Below are positions 24,579-35,229 of a DNA stretch of 64,000 nt, piece after piece. Where the stretch lies: the NCBI RefSeq assembly GCF_001194135.2, contig NC_068992.1, positions 27,799,936-27,863,935 on the forward strand, read 5' to 3'. The position numbers and the translations under genes were made by a program. The notes beneath the pieces are model-generated. The model saw only the letters and a program-made list of their open reading frames with translations, was not told where the DNA came from and searched no databases. Numbering within the stretch: the stretch's first letter is position 1; every line of letters begins with the position of its first letter. Source of the stretch: Octopus bimaculoides. Taxonomy: Eukaryota.

Positions 24579-26763
24579 TTCAAATAAAGGTTACAAACTT
24601 CAATAAAGGATAATAAGATCCAATGAAAATACTGGTTAGTTACCTATTTAAAGAGTGTTGAATATTTATAATTAATAAACATATCCTTAGTTGTCACCTG
24701 GTTTTTTAACAAATATTAGATTTTTGTCTCCATAGCATGAATTTTTAAATCATTATGTAAGCATACATCAGTAAATAATTTCTTTGCTGAATTTTATAAA
24801 CAAGAGTCACAAACTCTTGTTCAATTCATTAGTTTGGGTTGCCATTGCCTGATGAGATACAATGATGCTGAAACACTGGGTGTCAGAGTCCACTAACACC
24901 AATGAATCAAGTGTGTTATGGACACATATTTGTCTTAAAGGAGTAGTTGTTCTCCAGTGAAGAAACACAACAGTGCTTAGCATATTTCTATTCAAATATG
25001 CTGGAATATATTAAAAATAAAGTCTCCAAGTCATCACGAGTATTACATTTTTTGTGAAATTGATCCTTAATTTCTTGAAATTATCTCCCCTTCCTTTTGA
25101 AGAGCTGCTAACACATTTATTTTCCTTCTTTGACTAAGAGGCAAAGTTCTGCACATTACCACATACCTCAATTATCTAAAATCATGTCATTGGCTCATTT
25201 GAATTATTTCCCTTAGCTCACTTTCTATAATAGAAATCTAGAAGTTTCTCCATCTCCAACGAGACTTTATTTTTAAGAAGATAAGCTTAGCTCTGGTCTT
25301 TATAGCAATCTTCACTGCTACTACAATATACTTTTTCATTTAATACTCAGTGTAATCAGCATTAAATGATGTCCATACACCAGTGAAGACCTCTCTGTTT
25401 ATTTGTTTTCTGCCTTTCTTGATGTATTTCTCTTCAGCCTATTTCATATCTTTCACAATAAGTAGCCAGGCTTCATGATCATGCACTATGCACTATCAAA
25501 CTCCTTACACATTCTTTTATATATATTCATTAAAATTAACCAAAATTTTAGGGAAAATTACTTTTAGAGATAAGCTTAACGATTAACTGTCTTAGAAAAT
25601 ACAAAAGTCTCACTTGGAACAAGATTTCTAGGACCATTTACACTCTTTGAAGCAAGTGACATTGAGAAGGGCATCCAGCCATACAAACCATACCAAAACT
25701 GACATTGGACCTCATCACAGCCCTACAGCTTGCCAAATCCTGTCAAATTATCCAAACTATGCCAGCAGGGAAAAATGAAGTTAAATGAAGAGCATCTACA
25801 ATCCCAAAAACTCTACAAAAGTTCCACTTAACTAGAAAAAAAAAAAAGACGATATATATTGCAGAAACAATATACATTACTCCAAAACAAATACCTAAAA
25901 CTAAACCTTAAGTATAGGCAATATATTTATTTCAAAAATAAAATATTCTAAACACAGCCTTTTAAAACATCTGCTTTATATATAGATTTCCTTTGTTGTG
26001 TGTGTGTGTATGTGTGTGTGTGTATGAATACACACATACTCACTTGCATGTGTTTGTATATACATACACAGACAGACACACACACGTGTGTGTGTCTGTC
26101 TGTCTACGTAGGTGGTTATTGTTAATGAATATATGGGAGTGACAAATGACAATGCTTCATAATCTTTTTATATTTAATCACATTTCTATTTTCTACTGTA
26201 CAAGACTGTTAAGTAATCTTGTGTTCTTCATACTATGTGCATGCACACATACATAGAGTGTGTGTGTACGTGTGTACACTGTGTGTGATAATATTGATTA
26301 CATTGTCATGCCTTTGCTCTACATAATGCTATCTGTTAATACCAACGTGTGTAAACAGAATGCACTGGACAACTGTTGCCAAGGTGATAATGAATCTCAG
26401 AAAAGATTTAAGTCACCTAATTACATTTTCAGTTATCAATTAGAATTTGGTTAATATAGAAGTTATAGTTAAAACTCAACATATTATATCATATATTACT
26501 AAACCAGAATTTCTTTTTTCACTAGCCTTCATAATTGACTAATTCTTGAAAAATTAACAACTCATTATTTTTTTTAATTTACAGAATTGGCAAGGGTCAG
26601 AAAAACAGTAAAGATAATATAGGGCTTTGACTAAAGATTAATGAAATGAGAGCTTTGATTGAATATAAATGAAGATTTATATGCTTAAAACATCAGAGAT
26701 TATGAATCACGAAAATTATTACGAGAAATTTCATTTTTTGTTCTTTTTCTCCACCTACCTCAC

Positions 26764-26797
26764 CCTGTCTCTACAAATGGCAGTAATTTTTGATTTC
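26764..26797 (-). CDS. 34-nt exon (R)NQKLLPFVET(G)
   Basis: Acceptor cttctttccaaacaaataccag|, donor GG|gtgagg; phase 1 in, phase 2 out. Confidence 0.5.
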
Positions 26798-27098
26798 CTG
26801 GTATTTGTTTGGAAAGAAGATGGTGAACTTGCAGAATTGTTAACACACCAGGCAAAATGTTAGTGGCATTCCATCTGTCATTTCATGCTGAGTTCAAATC
26901 TTGTTACGGTTGACTTTGCTTTTTATCTTTTCGAGGTCGATAAAATAAGTACCACTTTAGCACTAGAGTCAATATAAACCTCCCCTGAAATTACTGGCTT
27001 TGTGCCAAAATTTGAAACCAATATTTATTCTAGGAAGATATTTGTCAACAAAGACACACACACTAATACAGGTGCAACATATCACACACACACACACA

Positions 27099-27428
27099 CA
27101 TGGCTCAGTGGTTACAGCGTCAGGCTCACAATCATGAGGTAGTGAGTTTGATTTCTGGACCAGGTTGTGTTGTGTTCTTGAGCAAGACACTTTATTTCAC
27201 GTTACTCCAGTTCACTCAGCTGTAGAAATGAGTTGCAACGTCATCGATGCCAAGCTGTATCAGCCTTTCCCTTTCCCTTAGATAACATTTGTGGTGTGGA
27301 GAGGAGAAGCTGGTATGGATGGGCAACTGCTAGTCTTCCATGAACAACCTTACCCAGACTTGTGCCTAGGAGGGTAACTTTATAGGTGCAATCCCATGGT
27401 CATTCATGACCAAAGGGAGCCTTTACCC
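27099..27428 (+). mobile_element. tRNA-derived SINE (third family); related copies at 56824-57113 and, in part on the minus strand, 52600-52830
   Basis: GGCTCAGTGGTT...GAGTT(T/C)(G/A)ATT head followed by a shared body. Confidence 0.8.
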
Positions 27429-27988
27429 TATATATACAGGGTGCGATAGGTAAATTGCCACCATTTTATATTTTAAATTTTACGCATGCACATTGTTTGT
27501 TTTTGATTTTGTTGACTACACAATACAGTAGGGTCAGTTGGGCACTGTCTGTGAGAAAAACAGTACCATGACGCAGTTCACTCTGCCAGAAATTTGGAAA
27601 CGACATGCTGCATTCACATCGGAAACTCCAATACGAACATTTCAGAGTGTTTGGGTGTCGATCTAAGGACAGTGCAACCTGAGGACATGTACCGAGAATG
27701 ATAAAAATCAAACATCCAGTCAACATCATGGTGTTTGGAGTGATCACTAGTGAAGTACCTGGAGGAGGTAGTTCTGCCCTGGGTCAAGAGGGTGGCTGCT
27801 GGAAGATCCCGTATCTGGCAACAGAGATCTGCACCATGCCACACAAGCAGGAGAACCCAGTCATGGCTGTCAGACAATTTCTGTGACCACACCACCCCTA
27901 ACATCTGGCCACCTAATTCCCCAGACTGCAACCCTCTTGATTATTATGTGTGGAGTGCAGTGGAGCAAGAGACCAACAAAACTCCTTG

Positions 27989-29405
27989 CACATTGTGCCC
28001 AGGCTAGCTAATTCAGGGAAAAAATCATATCTTGGGTTAAAATAATCACCTGATAATGGTTGAGGGCTCGTTTGAACCACAATTTTAAGGACTAACAGCT
28101 GGAACCAAAATTATTTGTTTTTTTCTTTGTTTATGGGGGTCTGGGTCCAAATAACCAAATCAGGGCATATCAACCAAAATTGCCTTTTTGGTGCATTGTG
28201 GTTAACAATGATTATCTGCAAGATTTCACCAGCTTTCAATCAAGGATAACATCCATGACACTTTTAGAAGAATGTTCATCATGTCGCATCCAGCAATTGC
28301 TTCAAAACATCCCAGCCCAAGTTGTCCTGTTTGTGGTGAAGTTGGTCACACAGCTTGTTCTTTAAAACATAAGGTGTCTGCTTTGACAGAACAATCAAGA
28401 ATCAAATCCCTATATTACTGACTGGTCCATGTTACGCATATTTATTGTTTGGCATTGTTGTTTCAATATTTGTTGTGAATAATAAGCGACCAGTTTTCAC
28501 AATTTAATGCAAATGATTCTGATTTTCTTTGTGAATCAAGGGGGAGGGTGGTTCGTTGTATTTTTCCTTGTGGGGTGGGAGACTATGGTAATGTTTCAAT
28601 CCAGGGATTTGTTGGGAATATTTTCTTTTTGTTATCTCGTGTTTTGGCTCTTCTTCAATTTCAGCGTTAGCAAGGCAAAATCCTCCAAACCGGAATCTGA
28701 TCTTCCTAATCAGATTTTTACCCATAAAATAGGCTAAATACCAAAAAAAGGGTATTTAAGATCAATTATTTCAAGAAATTTATTAGGTTTTAGGTCTATT
28801 TTATGTTTCCTCTTTTTATACCTGTTTAATCACATTGGGGGTCAATAACTACCGATTTTACCCAATTTTGGTTGGTTTTGATGTTTGATACCCAAATTGG
28901 AATTTTACTTTCTGTTTGGCCTTTTAACCCCTTTGAACTGATTTTTTTTCCACAGTTTACATAAAATGTTGAGGATGTCAAATATGTTAGCCCTTAATAT
29001 GTCAAAATTTGTCATTTTTTTTTGTAAATTATCAAGTTTGAGGGGGTTTTACAAAAAATTTGGATATTTTTCATGCATCCCCTATTTTCTCAAATTTATG
29101 TTGGCCTATGTACTCAAAGCTGTTGCTTGACTGAAAGACAATAAAAATTCTTCTAAATAAGTTCAAACAGGTTAAAAATCTTTTTTGTGAAAGAAAATAT
29201 GTTCAATCATATAATACTAAAAAAAATGTAAATTTCGTTAAAATGGCCGACTTTAAAGAGCTATAAAAATTGAACCATACATTATTTTAAACTCAGGTTT
29301 TTTTGCTTTGTAATCTCTTAAGTTTAGAGAACTAGAAAATATGTATTTTAAACATCTGGAGGGAAACTTCTAAAGATGATAAATTCCCACTCTGAGCACA
29401 ATGTG
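27989..29405 (+). mobile_element. Transib/RAG-like DNA transposon relic, 1417 bp
   Basis: TIRs CACATTGTGCCCAG and (reverse complement) CACATTGTGCTCAG match 13/14. Exact 5-bp TSD CCTTG at 27984-27988 and 29406-29410. Confidence 0.75.
28135..28421 (+). pseudogene. Frameshifted RAG1L/Transib-like transposase C-terminal remnant
   Basis: GGLGPNNQIRAY (frame +1), then LSARFHQLSIKDNIHDTFRRMFIMSHPAIASKHPSPSCPVCGEVGHTAC (frame +3). Resemblance is from my recall of the family motif, not from a search. Confidence 0.55.
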
Positions 29406-31306
29406 CCTTGTAACACCAAAGATGAACTTCAAGGATTATGGCAGCATTCACCAACTTAAATAAGGAGATCGTTCAGAAGAGTTACAGGAGATTTCAAAGT
29501 TGTCTATAGGTCATGGTTGAAGCCAATGGCAATTTTGTTCAATAAATTTACTCTTTAGTATTTCAAGATATTTTTATGTAGGTAAATATAACTGTTAAAA
29601 TGAGATGTCAGTGTTATTTTCATTTTTACGTAATTTAGACAACAGTTTATTCACCACACCCTGTATATATGTAAAAGTGCAAATGTAAATGTTAACAAAT
29701 TATTGCAAATCATAGGGTATGCTTTGAGGGAGACTTGACAGCTGTTTCAAACACATCAAGCAACCAAGTAGAGCTCCTTCATTGAAATTGTTTTCACTGC
29801 TATCATAATTGTTTGACATAAATATCCACTCATGGATGTGTGGTTAAGAAGCTAGTTTTGCAAGCATGTGGTTTCAGGTTCAGTACCACTGTACAGTATC
29901 TTGAACAAGTGTCTTCTACAGTAGCTTCAGACCAACCAATGCTTCATCAGTGAAATTGGTAAATGGAAATTGTGTAGAAACTTATCATGTGCATGTCTAT
30001 GTGCATGTGTGTATGTGTGTGTGTTTTTGTGTCTGTGTATGTCACTTCTGCCTGCTATTTGACAACTGGTGTTGGTTTGTTTATATCTCTGTGACTCAGT
30101 GCTTCAGCAAAAGAGATCAATAGAATTGGCAGTACCCCAGCTCTTGAGCTGAAACTAGTAAAAAAGTAAAAGAAAAGAAAGACTTAAAAGAATAAATAAG
30201 TACTAGGGCCAATTTGTCCAACTAAACCCTTCAAGGCAGTGCCCCAGCATGGTCACAGTCCAATGACTGACACAAAGTAAGGGATACAAGATATGTGTGT
30301 CCGCCTGTGTGCGTGTGTAGAATGGACAAAACGTTATTGGTAGATGAAAAGTGTATGGAAGCACCTTGTGTGTATGTGTGTGTGTGTGCGTGCGTGTTAA
30401 CATTCCATGTCCTTGTTATCTAAGTAAAACACTGATAAGATGGTTACGCTGCTTGTTGCCATCACAACTGGTGATTCTGCACTTTCAGAAACCAGTGGAA
30501 TATGAAAAAGAAATTCCTTACTTAAAAAGCCAGGTAAGGGTTGGCTACAGGAAGAGCACCTGGCTATCAAATACTGCCTCAAATGATTCTGTGTCCAACC
30601 CATGCTAACATGGAAGAACACATGATGAACAAAAGAATGATCTCATTCTTACAGATATACCTGATAATGGTGACCAATTTATAGAACTGGTCTACCAAAA
30701 CGGATACTTTAACCCCCTGTGCATTTTAAGGAGAAGGACTTAGCTCTGACTTCAAAGCACTGAGCAAACAAGAGAAAATAATCACCTCTCAGAGTCTATT
30801 GTAAGATTAGTGCAGAAAATGATGATGATAATGGGGTACACTATTTTCAAGAGTTCACGTAAAAGCACCCACTACACTCTCGGAGTGGTTGATGTTAGGA
30901 AGGGCATCCAGCTGTAGAAACTCTGCCAAATCAGATTGGAGTCTGGTATAACCATCTGGTTCACCAGTCCTCAGTCAAATCGTCGAACCCATGCCAGCAT
31001 GGAAAGCGGACGTTAAACGATGATGATGTTGATGATGATGATGATGATGATGATGAAAAGGGCTGAAGTAATAAAAGGTACCAGAAACACATCAAAATAC
31101 CTGAAGTAAGCAAACTTTTCTCAGTTCAAATATGCTTGGGATATATTTGATCGGTAAAGAAGCATTTTCACTGTGGTTGCCATGGGAAAAAAAAATGTTT
31201 GCTTTAGGTCAAAGATGTTAAGTCCATAAAGGGATGTTCTGAAGTGAATTTGGTGTTTTTAACACCTTTTGCCAAAATCAAGAATTTTTCTCCATAGCAA
31301 ACTGCT

Positions 31307-31521
31307 TTAACCCTCTGAAACCAGCTCTGGCTCTGTAGTACAAATGTCTTGTTTACATAAGTTTTAAATTAAAATTTTCCACCAAACCTTAATCACAATT
31401 TATTTTCCTAACACCTAGCTTAATGATAACTAAGTTATTTTACTAAATTCTTTGTTATATTTACAATTAATTGAAAGAAATACAGAATATCTCAAAATAA
31501 ATATAGTGACAAAAGGGTTAA
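31307..31521. mobile_element. TTAA MITE, inverted copy of 34500-34727
   Basis: TTAA|CCCT...AGGG|TTAA; the body is the reverse complement of 34500-34727. Confidence 0.8.
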
Positions 31522-32792
31522 ATTGATCAAAAGTTTGCTTAATTTACAATATTGCCTTAAGCACAACCCATACACCAGAAGTAAATTTGAAACACATCAC
31601 AGAATATTTTCCCATTGCTAACAAGAAGTCCAAACTTAAAACTTCTTTTTTTCCTTTTTGCGAAGTATCAGCTTTGGTTAAGTATTTTAATTCAGAGTAA
31701 GTTTTTAATAGCTAGATTTCCATCCTAGTGTTAAATTCTTACCTCATAAATGAAACAAAAAAAATTAAGTTAAAAAAGTACCAAACAATCAACAAAGTGG
31801 TTGCTAATTTATCTCTTGTCACTGACACTGAACTGTGTTCATGTCCAAAACATTTAACATCCAAATGCCCCAGTCTACTGAGCTGTAAGTAGGTAGCAAC
31901 AACTCATAACCATTAACAGCAGCAGCAGCTCTGTAAAATCTCCTGTGTCTTGCCTTAATATTGCAATGCAGTATGCTATTCTGCTTGCAGGAAAATTCAC
32001 TTGCAACAGACTCATATTCTATCCAGCAGCAGAAGTTACCTCTCAATCGATTCATATTATAGAAACTGGAGATGAACACCAACTCAGTGGAATGATTTAG
32101 TCTCAACTAAAGAATGGCTTCTGGGTTTGGCAGAGGAAAGGAAGCAAGAAACCACATGATTCATGGGTTTATACTGAGGTTGGAAACCATGTCTGAATGA
32201 TTCCAACAGACAAGACTCCACTAAAGACACTCAAAACCCAGATGGTGATGTGACAACAGGCTACACATTAATACCTTTAGTCATTAATCACAGAAACTGA
32301 CTGAAGTCGTTGAACTTGCTTTGAGAATTAACACAGTGGTATTGTTTGGATTATGTTGTCATGGATTCTGATAAACAATCCAGTAGTTTAATTATTCTTC
32401 CATCATATCTGCTTGAAAATATAATTAATAAACATTGAGCAGTGAGTAATTTTTAACACTTTAAAGAAAATATTCACATGTAGAATTTTACTTCTGTCTA
32501 TGATGATGTCATCACTGTTGCTGAATAAATTCTTTGATTTCAGCCAAATAATAAATCTAGTTTATTTCATATTATAAATCTAAGAGTCTTGAGATTTATG
32601 ACAATTATCAATCTGTATCTTCCTTTACATCATCTATTTTTATCACCTTTGTTTATTGTTCTTCAGAATTCCTCACTGCCATTTTGATTGACATGTTACT
32701 TGACTAAACATCCTTCAACTGAGTCACCTCTCTCCTTCCCAGCTAACCACATCAGCTCCCTTTGCTTTCTTGCTCCTTCCCTTCCTACTTAC

Positions 32793-32802
32793 TACATTGC
32801 AC
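32793..32802 (-). CDS. 10-nt microexon GTGCAATGTA (VQC + first base of R)
   Basis: Strong acceptor ttttcttttaatttatacag| and consensus donor |gtaagt. Supplies the phase 0->1 shift needed to join 37878 to 26797. Confidence 0.5.
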
Positions 32803-34231
32803 CTGTATAAATTAAAAGAAAATATTAGCTGTTACAATTACCACTATCCATGAAATATTTCATTGGTGATATTAGTTGCATTAACAACTACAAAATTACA
32901 TTAGCATTAGGCATTAGCATTAGGCAGAGTTCCAATATTTATACTATAGTTAGTATTAGCTCTCTCAGCTTCAGAGTAACTAATACAATCTGATAATACA
33001 TCCGACAGTAAACACTACTTTTATCTGCTCTCGTTGAATAAACTTATAGTTAACAAAAGGTTTACAGCTAAACAAATATTGCAATAGCATCTGTTGATAT
33101 ATTTGTAGTAGAAGCAGCTCAAAGAGACCTATAATGAATTGGGAAAGCGAGATCAGATATGAGCAAACTAAGCTGACATTTTCCATGATAATTCCTGATC
33201 TTACTGACAAGAACACCCATCACAGAATATTACCAAAAGTCTTGAGTGTGAGGTTTAGCCATATGCTGTTGCAGATCTAGCCAACCCAATCATGGGAAAT
33301 CAGACATGATGATGATGATAGCAGCAATGACAAAGACGATGACAATGATGATATACATTAATACACATCATCATCATCGTTTAATGTCCGCTTTCCATGC
33401 TAGCATGGATTGGACGACTTGACTGAGGACTGGTGAAACCAGATGGCTACACCAGGCTCCAATCTGAATTGGCAGAGTTTCTACAGCTGGATGCCCTTCC
33501 TAACGCCAACCACTCAGAGAGTGTAGTGGGTGCTTTTACGTGTCACCTGCACGAAGGCCAGTCAGGCGGTACTGGCAACGGCCATGCTCAAAATGGTGTA
33601 TTTTACGTGCCACCCACACAAGAGCCAGTCCAGGGGCACTGGCAATGATCTTGCTCGAAAGTCCTTACACATGCCACGGGCACAAGTGCCAGAAAGGCGA
33701 CACTGGGCACAGGTGCCATCACAATTTCGCTTGCGCTTGCCCCAACAGGTCTTCGCAAGCTGAGTTTCGTGTCCAATGAAGGAGACGACATTGGCATGGG
33801 TGCCAGTCATCGAATTTAGTACGATTTCGAATATACACGATATCCAAATAAAATATCTATTGTTGCACTTGAGTCTAGTGATCCCTCTGAGTAGCACCAA
33901 TCACTATGGTTTTGAAAGATAAAGATTGAAACTAACCTTAACCCCTAACAAAAACTTAGCCAGGTTCCCCTCTCACTGGTTTAGCTTCTGTTCTATCTTC
34001 TAGTAAACTGGTAAGCTAAAGTATTTCCTATGAAAGCACTCATAATGGAGCATTTCTCTTACTTTCTGCCTTTCTTAGCTCAGTGATCTCCTTTCTACTT
34101 CCTTCACCTTTACTCATATTCACACCATTCTTCATGAAACATCACCAAACCAAACCAACAAAGAAGCCTTTAAGTAGTCATTAGAGAAGCATGATATAGC
34201 ATCCAAATCTCCCTCTGATTGCACCCAACAG

Positions 34232-34489
34232 CAGTACTTCTCAACTAGGGTCTATATAACCCTGGGTCCATATAACTAGGGTCCATATAAGATTTTGTTG
34301 TTAAAGTTTATGTGCAATAAATCACTTATATTTCTACAATACGCAAAATAGCTTAATTTCTTTATACAATTCCTAATAATTATTTAATTACAAAAATAGA
34401 ACAAGATTTTTTTTTTTAACATGGGAATCCAGTAGAGCAAAATAGGTATCAAAAGGGGTCCACATGTGAAAAATGGTTGAGAACCATTG
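34232..34489. mobile_element. hAT-type MITE, same family as 6498-7482
   Basis: CAGTACTTCTCAAC / GTTGAGAACCATTG ends; TSD cccaacag/ccctacag. Confidence 0.8.
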
Positions 34490-34499
34490 CCCTACAGTC

Positions 34500-34727
34500 T
34501 TAACCCTTTCGTTACTGTATTTATTTTGAGATGCTCTGTGTTTCTTTCAGTTACTTTAAATATAACAAAGAATTTAGTAAAATAACTTAGTTATCATTCA
34601 GCAAGTGTTAGGAATATAAATTGTGACTAAGGTTTGGTGGAAGATTTTAATTCAAAACTTATGGAAACAAGACATTTGTAACCAGAGCCAGAGCCAGTTC
34701 CAGCCAGGTTGGTAACGAAAAGGTTAA
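34500..34727. mobile_element. TTAA MITE
   Basis: TTAA|CCCTTTCGTTAC ... GTAACGAAAAGG|TTAA. Confidence 0.8.
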
Positions 34728-35229
34728 AGCAGGAAAGGACACAATGGGTGATTTGATCTGGGATATACTGTGGTGAGAAAGATGCTTAAAAATAGATTTT
34801 ATTTGGTCAGAGATGACCATGGGCTAAATAATAATAACAACATGTAATCATCGAGATNNNNNNNNNNCCTCAACTGACAACCCTGTCTCTGTTCTACAGT
34901 GCAGTGTAGCTACAAAGACAGAAGTTGCTTAAAAAATGTAATAAAAGTTTAAACGTGGTCACATATTTTTATCACATTAATGTCATGCTCCAGACAATTA
35001 TGCACACTATGGATAAGCAAGTGTAGAAAATAGGTAGTTGTGTTTGTTGTTGCAGTTATGTAGTCCTGATCAGACCTCAATTAAAGAGTCCTGTGGCAGT
35101 TGGTCGAACAACTAATTTCAATCAACAGATTCTAAACTCCTGAACTATTGTGTCTATAATTGAGGACAACACAACACATTGTGATATGCAGTAAGTTTAT
35201 CATAAAGGATGTAGTGTAGCACTCTAGCC

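Larger units (their letters stand above)
27437..29663 (+). mobile_element. Degenerate, internally deleted Tc1/mariner-superfamily maT (DD37D) transposon, interrupted by a nested element
   Basis: TA-flanked CAGGGTG...CACCCTG ends. Transposase remnant WQQ(D>R)SAPCH...WPPNSPDCNPLDY has 37 residues between catalytic positions 2 and 3. Removing 27989-29410 restores KTPCNTKDEL. Confidence 0.85.

Noticed and set aside
31800-32420. Unique-looking block with 95-aa and shorter ORFs
   Set aside because: All frames are interrupted and there are no convincing splice pairs. It could be UTR or conserved intronic sequence, which cannot be judged here.
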